From a virus (lineage: Duplodnaviria; Caudoviricetes), in the IMG/VR virus record IMGVR_UViG_3300036855_000026, positions 1 through 58,838 of that record: DNA of 58,838 nt; one strand, 5' to 3'. Positions 7,887-16,830 of this stretch are shown here, one piece after another (position 1 is the first letter of the stretch; every line of letters starts with the position of its first letter). Both the position numbers and the translations under genes were made by a program. The notes beneath the pieces were generated by a model, which saw nothing but the letters and a program-made list of their open reading frames with translations, was not told where the DNA came from and made no database searches.

Positions 7887-10007
7887 ATGGCTTGGACTCA
7901 AACCGGAACGCTCGTGACGACCAGTACGGGAGTGCTGCGCGGCGCACTCGTCTTCGACGTCAAGGACTACGGCGCGGTCGGCAACGGCAGCACCGACGAC
8001 GCCGCCGCGATACAGGCGACCGTCACGGCCGCGACGTCAACCGGTGGCACCGTCTACCTACCGCCGGGCGTCTATAAAGTCCTGACCGCGATCGTGCCCG
8101 CGAACAACATTGCGATCGTCGGCGCGGGGATCGGCAGCACCGTCATTCAACCGGGCGCCGCCGTATGCGCGATCAACTCGGTACTGTCCGGTACGTACGT
8201 CAAGGCGACGCCGCTGACCCGTTTCACGTTGGCGCACTTGACCATCGACGGTGTCAACCAGGGCGCGACGTTCAATGTCGGCTACAAAGGTGTGTTCTGC
8301 CAGTACTTGGCGCAATGCGAGTTCGAGGATTTGACTATCCAGAACTGTATTGCGACCGGGCTCGGGATCGACTTCTTGACGCAGGGTACGGTGATCCACG
8401 CGGTTCGTGCGATCGGCAACGGGCGGCTGAACCAGGGGGGCGGTTCCGGCGCCGGTTCCAACGGGATTGGTGTCGGGACCGGTCAGTACACGGTGGAGGA
8501 TTTCACGGTCTCCGACTGTTACGCGTCCGGCAACGGGCGTTACGGGATCATGATCGAGTCGCAGACCAGCGCGACCAGCTACGGCCCCCGCATCTCGAAC
8601 TGCTTTTCCACCGCCAACTACAACCACGGATACGGTTCAGCGGGGGGAAACGGCGCCATCTGGTCGCATTGCGTCGCCTACGCGAACAACCTGGACGGGT
8701 TCTCGATCGACAACGGCACTGTGGGCGCGACCGCGCAACCGTCCACAGCGGACACTTATGTCGGGTGCGAGGCGATCGGCAACACGCGGTACGGGTTCTC
8801 CTATCAGCCCACCGCGAACAACGCGGTCAGTGTCGCGGGCGGCGGGAACCACACGTATTCGGGCTGCAAAAGCTACGGCAACACGTCCCTGGGCTTCAAC
8901 ATCAACTCGGCCGCGTCGCATCCCTGCTCCGGGTTCACCTATGTGGGCTGTGAGTCGTTTTCCAATGGTGCCAGCGGGTTTCAGGTGCAGGGCGCCAGCA
9001 ACGACATCAAGATCAGTGGTTGCAAGATCAACGCGAACGGGCAGACATCCGGTACCAGCAAGGTCGGTATCCTGATCGGCGCGGCCGTGACCGGGTTGCA
9101 GATCTCTGACAACCGCGTCTATGACGATGGGTCGACGCAGAAACAAGCCTACGGTCTGCAAATCGCGTCCGGGATCACCGTCACCTCGGCGTCGCTGGTC
9201 GGCAACGATCTACGCGGCAACTTGACCGGGTCCGTGAACATGCTCGGTTCCTGGGCGTCGTCCGTAGTGGACGCGAACCCCGGCTATGACCCGCCCGCGA
9301 CACGCAGCACCGGACCAGGCAGCGCGTTCCGGTTGCGCGGCGACACGGGGGCGAACTGGACCACCAATAACCCGGTGCTCGGTCTCGGCGAATACGGCTA
9401 TGAATCGGATACTGGCTGGGCCAAGATCGGCAACGGCACGTCCGCCTGGACCAGTCTCGCGTACGCGGCAGCTCCGTTCGTGAATTCGGTGCCCACCGCG
9501 CGGGCCATGCAATGGTCAGCCGCGACCGGTGACCCGTCGACCCTGCCCAGCACGTTCACCCCGGCCACCGGGGTTATCTACTTCAGCCGCTGCTACGTCG
9601 ACCAGGCGTACACCTCGTGCGCGCACGTGTATTGCAGCACCATCGTTGCCGGGGTCACGCTCACCAATTGCTACATCGGTGTCTATGACGTGGTGACCGG
9701 CAACCAGCTCGGCAAGACGGCCGACATATCCTCGTCTCTGACCACGATCACCGGTCTCCAAGCAAGCCTTGCGGTTCCGATCACCGGTCTTGTCTACGGT
9801 CAAGAGCTGTACCTAGCACTGCTGATCGGATCGTCGAGCACCACGCCCGGTCTGGCCGGTACCCGCGCCAACGGCGGCAATCTGGGCATGACGTCCAACT
9901 ACCGCGTGCAGATCAGCGCGGGCAGCCAGACGACGTTGCCGGGCACCGTGCCGACACTGAGCCTGCCCGGCTCCGGTGCGTTCCCCGGTCTCGGTATCGG
10001 CCCGTAA
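7887..10007 (+). CDS. Right-handed beta-helix (pectate lyase-like) spike/depolymerase with internal Mtd_N-like domain
   Basis: FDVKDYGAVGNGSTDDAAAIQ...GGTVYLPPGVY; Asn/Gly-rich coils; RGDTGANWTTNNPVLGLGEYGYESDTG. Confidence 0.85.
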   Translation: MAWTQTGTLVTTSTGVLRGALVFDVKDYGAVGNGSTDDAAAIQATVTAATSTGGTVYLPPGVYKVLTAIVPANNIAIVGAGIGSTVIQPGAAVCAINSVLSGTYVKATPLTRFTLAHLTIDGVNQGATFNVGYKGVFCQYLAQCEFEDLTIQNCIATGLGIDFLTQGTVIHAVRAIGNGRLNQGGGSGAGSNGIGVGTGQYTVEDFTVSDCYASGNGRYGIMIESQTSATSYGPRISNCFSTANYNHGYGSAGGNGAIWSHCVAYANNLDGFSIDNGTVGATAQPSTADTYVGCEAIGNTRYGFSYQPTANNAVSVAGGGNHTYSGCKSYGNTSLGFNINSAASHPCSGFTYVGCESFSNGASGFQVQGASNDIKISGCKINANGQTSGTSKVGILIGAAVTGLQISDNRVYDDGSTQKQAYGLQIASGITVTSASLVGNDLRGNLTGSVNMLGSWASSVVDANPGYDPPATRSTGPGSAFRLRGDTGANWTTNNPVLGLGEYGYESDTGWAKIGNGTSAWTSLAYAAAPFVNSVPTARAMQWSAATGDPSTLPSTFTPATGVIYFSRCYVDQAYTSCAHVYCSTIVAGVTLTNCYIGVYDVVTGNQLGKTADISSSLTTITGLQASLAVPITGLVYGQELYLALLIGSSSTTPGLAGTRANGGNLGMTSNYRVQISAGSQTTLPGTVPTLSLPGSGAFPGLGIGP

Positions 10008-10074
10008 GCCCGCTGTCCCGTCAGGACCGTGTCCCGAGTGCAATCGAGTACACATCGTGCGGGCGGGGGTAGCC

Positions 10075-11529
10075 GTGCTTGACGATGCGCCCATCGCGGG
10101 CAGCCCCGATTGGTGGCTGATGCGCCTCGGCGCCAGGCTGTCAGTGGAGCGGAAACGCTTTCACCGCTTGGAAAGCTACCACCGCGGAAATCATCCGCTC
10201 CCGTTCGGCAACCGCAAAATGCGTGAGGCGTACAAGCGGCTTCAGAAGCAGTCGCGGAGCAACTACGCGGGCTTGGTCGCGGAAGCGTTGCTAGAGCGCA
10301 TGAAAGTCCTCGGGTTCCGCGCGGGTGGCAGTGCGACAGACGAGGCCGACACGACCGCCTGGTCCTGGTGGCAGGCCAACAAAATGGATGCCAACAGTGG
10401 TCTAGTCCACCGCGCGGCAGTCGTCATGTCGCGCGCCTACGTGATTGTCGGCGACCAGAACGGGAAACCCCTCGTTACGGGGGAAGACCCCCGCCAGGTC
10501 ATCCACGAAAGCGACCCGGCCGACCGCTACCTGTTGCGGGCCGCGTTGAAAGTGTGGACAGACGACGTCGTGAACTGCGAGCTGGCCGTCCTCTACCTAC
10601 CGGACTCGATTCACTACTACAGCTCGATTCCGACCATGACAGCGGCGACCACCGCGCAACTGTGGAAACCCGTCAACTGGGAAATCGACCTGTCCCAAGA
10701 CTTCGCGCCGAATGGCGTTGCTGCCAACGAGTTCGGAGAAGTGCCGGTAGTGCCGTTCACCAACAGGCCCGACCTCGCCGGTAACGGGCTCGGCGAATTC
10801 GAGGACGTCACCGACATCCAAGACCGGATCAACACGGGAATCTTGGACCGGTGCGTGATCAGTGCCATGCAAGCGTATCGGCAACGGTGGGCTAAAGGGA
10901 TCGACCTCGAAGACGCTCACGGCAACCCGCAAACCGTATTCGACCCGGGCGCGGATCTGCTCTGGGCGGTCCCCGACTCCGATGCGGCGTTCGGCGAGTT
11001 CGGCGCGACCGATCTCAGTTCGCTGATCGCGGCGACCGAATCCGATGTCACACACATGGCCGCGATCACCCGTTGCCCGCCGCAATATCTGCTCGGGTCG
11101 ATCAGCAACCTGAGCGGGGATGCGTTGGCGGCAGCAGAAACCGGCCTCGTGTCCAAAGTGGCTGAACGGGAACAAGAGTTCGGCGAGAGCTGGGAAGCTG
11201 TCTACCGTCTCGCAGGCAAAGTCATCGGGGACACGATTCCCGAAGACGCCGAAGTGATCTGGAAAGATCCCCAATTCCGCACCCTAACAGAGATGGCGAG
11301 CGCGTCCGTACAACTCCAATCCGCTGGCGTCCCGTGGCGGACCCGCATGTCCATGCTGGACAAGGGCCCGACCGAGATTGAGCGGATGGAGAAAGAGCGG
11401 ACCCAAGACGCGGCGGTGGCCGCAGCCGCGATGCCCCCACCTGTGGCGCCCACCGCCGCGCCGGGTTCTTCTAGCGGGGCCGTTGTGCCGGTAACGCCCG
11501 TGCCGCCCATCCCTGACGACCAGAGCTGA
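10075..11529 (+). CDS. Portal protein (SPP1 gp6-like)
   Basis: LESYHRGNHPLP, SRSNYAGLV, VPVVPFTNRP, GEFEDVTDIQDRIN, AYRQRW, NLSGDAL. Confidence 0.93.
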   Translation: MLDDAPIAGSPDWWLMRLGARLSVERKRFHRLESYHRGNHPLPFGNRKMREAYKRLQKQSRSNYAGLVAEALLERMKVLGFRAGGSATDEADTTAWSWWQANKMDANSGLVHRAAVVMSRAYVIVGDQNGKPLVTGEDPRQVIHESDPADRYLLRAALKVWTDDVVNCELAVLYLPDSIHYYSSIPTMTAATTAQLWKPVNWEIDLSQDFAPNGVAANEFGEVPVVPFTNRPDLAGNGLGEFEDVTDIQDRINTGILDRCVISAMQAYRQRWAKGIDLEDAHGNPQTVFDPGADLLWAVPDSDAAFGEFGATDLSSLIAATESDVTHMAAITRCPPQYLLGSISNLSGDALAAAETGLVSKVAEREQEFGESWEAVYRLAGKVIGDTIPEDAEVIWKDPQFRTLTEMASASVQLQSAGVPWRTRMSMLDKGPTEIERMEKERTQDAAVAAAAMPPPVAPTAAPGSSSGAVVPVTPVPPIPDDQS

Positions 11530-11975
11530 TGCGTACGGGGGCCATTATGCGTCGTATCGCGCTGATCGTCGACGAGGCCCGGTCGCACATGGCCGTCAAG
11601 TCGGTCGTGTTCGCGGCGCTGGCGGGCGGGTTGGCGTTTCAGCCGCACCGTTTCGACCGGACACCCGCATACGCGACGTTGCTTGCCATGCTGCCACAAC
11701 AGATCTGGGCCCTGATCTACGGGGTCGCGGCAGTCCTGGTCGTCGCCAGCGTGATCCGGCCACGGTGGCGGCCACTGGTCACCGTCACGCACACATTCAG
11801 TATCACGCTGCTGGCGGTGTGGTGGGTGGCGTTCCTGATCCACTGGCTGACCGACTCCAATACCACCATCGTCAACGTGCTGACGTGGGGTGTGTTCCTG
11901 TACCTGGCGACGCGAAGCGCGTGGCTTGTGGACAGTCACCGCGAGCACGATCGGCATCCGGGTGGCTCGCCATGA
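11529..11975 (+). CDS. Membrane protein with ~4 TM segments (holin-like)
   Basis: Four hydrophobic stretches; TGATG coupling to portal. Confidence 0.6.
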   Translation: MRTGAIMRRIALIVDEARSHMAVKSVVFAALAGGLAFQPHRFDRTPAYATLLAMLPQQIWALIYGVAAVLVVASVIRPRWRPLVTVTHTFSITLLAVWWVAFLIHWLTDSNTTIVNVLTWGVFLYLATRSAWLVDSHREHDRHPGGSP

Positions 11976-12310
11976 CGCCCGTCGAGCTGACAGCGATTGT
12001 CGGCGCGGTCGTCGCGGTGATTGGCAGCATCGGCATTCCCATCTGGCTACAGAAGCGCAAAGACGCCGAAGACAAGGGACTGTCTGCCGTGGTCAGTTGG
12101 AAAGGAATAACGGACGCGCTTCAAAAAGAGCGCGACGAGTTGCGCCGCCAGCTCGACGAAGCCGACGAACGCCAGCGCCGGAAGGTCAAGACCCTGGAAG
12201 CTGACTGGCAGCAACAGATTGCCGCCGCAAAACAACGGATCACCGACCTAGAAAACGAAGTGACCGCACTGCGTCGCGCACTGCGTGACGGTGAATCCAG
12301 CACCAGCTAG
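11972..12310 (+). CDS. Single-TM coiled-coil protein (lysis accessory-like)
   Basis: N-terminal TM then heptad pattern LQKERDELRRQLDE...RITDLENEVTALRRAL. Confidence 0.7.
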   Translation: MTPVELTAIVGAVVAVIGSIGIPIWLQKRKDAEDKGLSAVVSWKGITDALQKERDELRRQLDEADERQRRKVKTLEADWQQQIAAAKQRITDLENEVTALRRALRDGESSTS

Positions 12311-12363
12311 CCCGCACCCCGGCATGGGGCGCGCTTCTCACTCCTGACAAGGACACCAACATC

Positions 12364-12897
12364 ATGACCAGTACCGAAGGAACCGGCGCGTCCGCCACGG
12401 ACACCGACACTTCGACCGACACCGGCACCACCGCGACCGCGACCACCGCCACCGCTAACGGCCAGGCGGACGCGGATACCGATGTGGACAAGGACTGGCA
12501 GGCCGAAGCCGCGAAGTGGAAGTCGTTGGCCCGCAAGCATGAAACGTCGGCCAAGACCAACGCGACCGCCGCGAAAAAGCTTGCCGACATCGAGGAATCG
12601 CAGAAGTCGGCGCAAGAAAAGCTACAGGGCAAAGTGTCCGAACTGGAGACCGAGATCGCGGCGCATCGCGCGCGGGAAATCCAGGCTGACGCCGTGCACG
12701 AAGCTGGCCTGGACGCCGACATGGCGCAGTTCATCACCGAGACCGAGCCGGACAAGGCACTCGCGCAAGCGAAGGCACTCGCAAAGCGTTTGGTGCCACC
12801 GAAAGCGGATCTCAAGCAGGGCGCGCGGCAGAACACGAAATCCGCAGACGACATGAATGCGTGGATTCGCAACGCCGCCGGATATTCATCGACCTAA
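12364..12897 (+). CDS. Head scaffolding protein
   Basis: DWQAEAAKWKSLARKHE, coiled coil, DMNAWIR; precedes capsid gene. Confidence 0.9.
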   Translation: MTSTEGTGASATDTDTSTDTGTTATATTATANGQADADTDVDKDWQAEAAKWKSLARKHETSAKTNATAAKKLADIEESQKSAQEKLQGKVSELETEIAAHRAREIQADAVHEAGLDADMAQFITETEPDKALAQAKALAKRLVPPKADLKQGARQNTKSADDMNAWIRNAAGYSST

Positions 12898-12965
12898 ATT
12901 CGCAGCAGCCATGACGTAGCCACGCCGGGGCGCTCTTGCTGCACACACCCCTAGGGAGTTTCGCC

Positions 12966-13943
12966 GTGGCTGTTTACAATCAGGGCGTTTTCCGTACTGG
13001 CACGTACGGCGGTGGTAGCGGGCCTGATCCGCTGGTGCCGGAACCCGTGTCCGCGCAAATCATTCAAGAACTGCCGAAACAGTCCGCCGTGTTGCAGCGG
13101 GCCCGGCACATCACCATGTCGTCGAAGACTCTCCGTCAGCCCGTGCTCGACGTTCTGCCGGTCGCGTATTTCGTGTCCAGTGGCAACGACACCGGGTTGA
13201 AGCAGACCACCCAGCAGCAGTGGAAGGGTATTACCCTGGTCGCCGAGGAAATCGCGGCGATCGTGCCCATTCCCGAAAGCTATTTGGCGGATGTGGACGT
13301 TCCGATGTGGGGCGAGATCATGCCGCGCCTGGTCGAGGCGATCGGCTCACTGATCGACGCCGCCGCCATCTTCGGCACCGGCCGACCGTCCACCTGGAAC
13401 ACCAGCCTGTACGAAGGTGCTGTCGCGGCAGGCAACACCTACGCGCAGGGTACCGGCGTTGACCTCGCGCAGGACGTCACCCAGGTCGCCCAACTGCTGG
13501 CGCGCGACGGGTATTCGGTCGACGGGTTCATCGTCCGGCCCGGGTTCAACTGGCAATTGGTCGGCATGCGTTCGACCACCCAGAACTACCCGATTTACCA
13601 GCCCGATCTACAGGGCACCCCGGGCGGTTCCCTGTACGGGTATCCGCTCACCGAGATCGACAACGGCTCGTGGGTGGAAACCGAAGCGCAATTGATCGCG
13701 GGCGATTGGGATAATGCGCTGCTCGGTTTGCGACAGGACATCTCGTTCAAGATCTTCACCGAAGGTGTCATTTCCAACGATGCCGGTGGAATCGTGTTGA
13801 ACCTGATGCAACAGGACGCGGTGGCGATGCGGGTAACCATGCGTGTCGCGTTTGCCACGGCGAACCCGGTCACCAAGCTGAACAGCAACGGCGCCACCCG
13901 ATACCCGTTCGCGGTGCTCACTTCGGCGGGCGCTAACAGCTGA
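12966..13943 (+). CDS. Major capsid protein (HK97 fold)
   Basis: LVPEPVSAQII, AEEIAAIVPIPE, AGDW, GLRQDI, NLMQQDAVAMRVTMR; RBS GGGAG. Confidence 0.95.
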   Translation: MAVYNQGVFRTGTYGGGSGPDPLVPEPVSAQIIQELPKQSAVLQRARHITMSSKTLRQPVLDVLPVAYFVSSGNDTGLKQTTQQQWKGITLVAEEIAAIVPIPESYLADVDVPMWGEIMPRLVEAIGSLIDAAAIFGTGRPSTWNTSLYEGAVAAGNTYAQGTGVDLAQDVTQVAQLLARDGYSVDGFIVRPGFNWQLVGMRSTTQNYPIYQPDLQGTPGGSLYGYPLTEIDNGSWVETEAQLIAGDWDNALLGLRQDISFKIFTEGVISNDAGGIVLNLMQQDAVAMRVTMRVAFATANPVTKLNSNGATRYPFAVLTSAGANS

Positions 13944-13982
13944 TTCAGTTCACCGACAAAAACAGTGGTGCGGGGAGTCTCC

Positions 13983-15044
13983 ATGCGTGTGCTCGCCATG
14001 GTGCACCTGTATTCCCCGCATCACTGTGCCGGTGCCGAGATGATGATGCACGCGTTGCTCGTGTCCCTCGTGGACGCTGGCCACACGGTCGATGTGGTGC
14101 TGTCGCGCGAACACGTGCGGATCGTCCGGCCCTACAGCGTCGATGGGGTCACCGTGCACCCGCGCGTCGACAAAGGCGACCCGCTGCGCTGGCTCGGTGA
14201 CCCCGACCGGCGACCCGACCTGATCGTCACCCACCTGGAAAACACTGACCGGGCGAGCATTCTCGGTCGCGTGCATCGCATCCCGGTCGTGCATGTCGCG
14301 CACAACACGTTCGAGGCGACGAAAGTCAGCCTGTTGCGGCGCCCCGCGCTCGTAGTGGCCAACAGTCACTGGATGGCGGCAGACCTGGCGGCCTGGTGGA
14401 CCGCGCACGAGCACGACCGGCCAATGCCGCGCATGGCGGTAGTTCATCCGCCGGTCCGGGTCGCCGACTACGCCACCACCGCCATCGGCCCCATGATCAC
14501 CCTGGTCAACGTGACCGAAGCCAAAGGCGCCAGCCTGTTCTACCGGATCGCGCAGCGCCTGCCGCACCGCCAGTTTCTCGGCGTCGGCGGCGCCTACGGG
14601 GAGCAGGATCGCCGCGAGCAGCAGTCCAACGTGACGTTCATCGAACATGTGCCCGGCCACCGGATGCGGGATGCGGTGTACGCGCGTACCCGGGTGCTGC
14701 TCATGCCCTCGCACTATGAGAGCTGGGGCCGCACCGGGATCGAGGCGGCCTGCTCCGGTATCCCCACCATCGCCCACCCGACACCCGGCCTCATTGAGTC
14801 GCTGGGCGACGCGGGCACCTTCGCTGACCGTGACGACCCGGACGAGTGGGTTCGCGCCCTGCGGACGCTGCTAGAGCGGCGCACGTATGCCGCTGCGTCT
14901 CGGCGGGCCCGCGCCCGCGCGCATGCCCTGGACCCGACCGTCGAGCTTGCCCACTGGGTAGAGACCACGGAGGCGATTGGACATGCCAGCGCTCGCACTC
15001 GTGGACGACGTGACCGCGCGCTATCAGGGGACGCTGTCCGCTGA
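13983..15044 (+). CDS. Glycosyltransferase, GT-B/family 4-like
   Basis: MRVLAMVHLY...GAE...GHTVDV; LLMPSHYESWGRTGIEAACSGIPTIA (EX7E motif). Confidence 0.92.
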   Translation: MRVLAMVHLYSPHHCAGAEMMMHALLVSLVDAGHTVDVVLSREHVRIVRPYSVDGVTVHPRVDKGDPLRWLGDPDRRPDLIVTHLENTDRASILGRVHRIPVVHVAHNTFEATKVSLLRRPALVVANSHWMAADLAAWWTAHEHDRPMPRMAVVHPPVRVADYATTAIGPMITLVNVTEAKGASLFYRIAQRLPHRQFLGVGGAYGEQDRREQQSNVTFIEHVPGHRMRDAVYARTRVLLMPSHYESWGRTGIEAACSGIPTIAHPTPGLIESLGDAGTFADRDDPDEWVRALRTLLERRTYAAASRRARARAHALDPTVELAHWVETTEAIGHASARTRGRRDRALSGDAVR

Positions 15045-15603
15045 CAACCTCGCGCGGCTCCCGGCCCTGATCGCCGACGCGTCCACCGTGGTCACCTCGT
15101 TCACCCGCCAACAGTTCGTGTCCGCGACCACCACCGAACGGATTCGGCCCATCGGCGACCGGGTGCGGCTCCGGCAAGCGCCGGTGGCCAGCGTCGGCAC
15201 CGTCGCCATGGTCGACACGCTCACCACCGGCAACGTGATCGCGTTCCCGATCGGAGCGTGGATCTGGGACGGTGGGCAAGAAATCTGGATCGGCGGCCTG
15301 CGGACCGTCATCAACATTCCCGAGGCGCTGACGCATTTCCTCGAATTTCAGATCCCGCTCATGGAAGTGACCTACACGCACGGGTACACCCAGATTCCCG
15401 ACGCGGTCGTCACCGTCATCTGCGCGATGGTGATCCGCTACATCGGGATACCCGCCAGTACCGGGATGCCGGTCAACCGCGTGGGCGAAGTCGAGTATCG
15501 GCTGAGCTTGCCCGCGCAAGAGGGTTTGCTCGGTCTCACCGACTCAGAGATGCGTCTGTTGGCCCCCTACCGGCGCCCGGGTACGACGGTGGAACTTCGG
15601 TGA
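14983..15603 (+). CDS. Head-to-tail adaptor
   Basis: LALVDDV...LIADAS...VTYTHGY..IPDAV...LLAPYR; RBS GGAGG. Confidence 0.85.
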   Translation: MPALALVDDVTARYQGTLSADNLARLPALIADASTVVTSFTRQQFVSATTTERIRPIGDRVRLRQAPVASVGTVAMVDTLTTGNVIAFPIGAWIWDGGQEIWIGGLRTVINIPEALTHFLEFQIPLMEVTYTHGYTQIPDAVVTVICAMVIRYIGIPASTGMPVNRVGEVEYRLSLPAQEGLLGLTDSEMRLLAPYRRPGTTVELR

Positions 15604-15932
15604 CGCGCCCGTTCGGTCGGCAGATCGTGACCGCCGTGCGGCGCACATGGGGGGCACTCGACGAGTTGGGCGTGCCCGCCCGCATCGACACGCCCACCGA
15701 GGTTGCCGGATGCGTGTTTCAGCCGCTGGCGACCAGCGAACAACTCTCTGACGTCGACCAGGTCACCACCCGCTGGCGGTTGATGCTGCCCGCGTCGGTG
15801 ACCCTGTCCGCAACGGACGCGGTGATCGTGGACGGGCTCGTGTACGAAATCGACGGTGACCCGGTCCTCTGGTCCGACCAGTGCGGCAATCCCGGGTACA
15901 CGTCGTGCCTGGTGCGACGGGCGACCGGCTGA
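15600..15932 (+). CDS. Head-to-tail stopper
   Basis: GCVFQP...D.VIVDGLVYEIDGDP..W; synteny. Confidence 0.85.
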   Translation: MTRPFGRQIVTAVRRTWGALDELGVPARIDTPTEVAGCVFQPLATSEQLSDVDQVTTRWRLMLPASVTLSATDAVIVDGLVYEIDGDPVLWSDQCGNPGYTSCLVRRATG

Positions 15933-16366
15933 TGGCCGCCAACGCCACGCTCACCATGGACTACGCGGCGATTGGGGTGTGGCTGCGCACCTCGCCCGAA
16001 CTCCGCGCCTACCTCGATGAGCTGGGCCGCAAAGGTGTCGCCTACGCACAATCGATCGCGCCGGTTGGCACGCGCACCACGAAACACACCACCCCCGGCC
16101 AATATCGGGACTCGATCTTCTACGAGATCACCGAAGGTCCACACCGGATGATGCTGCGAATCGGTGTCAGCGATTTCACCGCCTGGTGGGTGGAATACGG
16201 CAGCAAACACAACCAGAAACACGCCGTCCTGCGCCGCACCCTCGACTACCTGTCTTCCGGTACAGCGGCCGACGCCAGTTCCTACGCGGGCATCGGCGCC
16301 TATGACGCACTCAACACCGGCAAGCAGGCCCGCCGTCAGGAACGCCGCGCCCAACGAGCCGCCTAG
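15932..16366 (+). CDS. HK97 gp10-like tail completion protein
   Basis: APVGT...GQYRDSI...WVEYGS...LRRTL. Confidence 0.8.
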   Translation: MAANATLTMDYAAIGVWLRTSPELRAYLDELGRKGVAYAQSIAPVGTRTTKHTTPGQYRDSIFYEITEGPHRMMLRIGVSDFTAWWVEYGSKHNQKHAVLRRTLDYLSSGTAADASSYAGIGAYDALNTGKQARRQERRAQRAA

Positions 16367-16383
16367 GCAGGAACGGGGGTCGT

Positions 16384-16770
16384 ATGTACGCGAACGCCGA
16401 AGCCGCCGTCGTCGGATACCTGGCACCCACGCCCGGCGTCGCGGGTGTCTCTGTCGAACTCCCGCTACAACTCCTGACACAACTCCCGTTCGTGTTGGTC
16501 ACCCGAGTATCCGGCGCAGACAACTACATCACCGACTCGGCCACTGTGGACCTGGATGTGTTCAACACGACGCGGGCCCTCGCCGCCGTCACCGCCCGGA
16601 TCATTCACGGGCGCATGATGCGGTTGCGTCACACGTCGGTGAATGGCGTTTTGGTCGACAACGTCGAAACGATCACCGGCCCGAGTTGGCTCAATTATCA
16701 GGACGAAAACGTTCAGCGTTACGTCATGAGTTACATCGTCGAATCCAGGGTTAACGCTTCCGCGTCGTGA
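16384..16770 (+). CDS. Tail terminator
   Basis: PFVLVTRVSGAD...VDLDVF; precedes major tail gene. Confidence 0.85.
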   Translation: MYANAEAAVVGYLAPTPGVAGVSVELPLQLLTQLPFVLVTRVSGADNYITDSATVDLDVFNTTRALAAVTARIIHGRMMRLRHTSVNGVLVDNVETITGPSWLNYQDENVQRYVMSYIVESRVNASAS

Positions 16771-16830
16771 CCCGTCCGGAAATCCTTCACGCGAGCCACC
16801 GAGGCCCGCACCATCGAAAGGGGACCGGTC

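Noticed and set aside
7500-7890. Stop-codon readthrough or sequencing frameshifts fusing the three fibre genes
   Set aside because: The two junctions have different frame offsets, each downstream gene has its own ATG, and both upstream genes stop at the identical YQLS.
7887-10007. Diversity-generating retroelement target (Mtd-like)
   Set aside because: No reverse transcriptase and no template/variable repeat pair seen.
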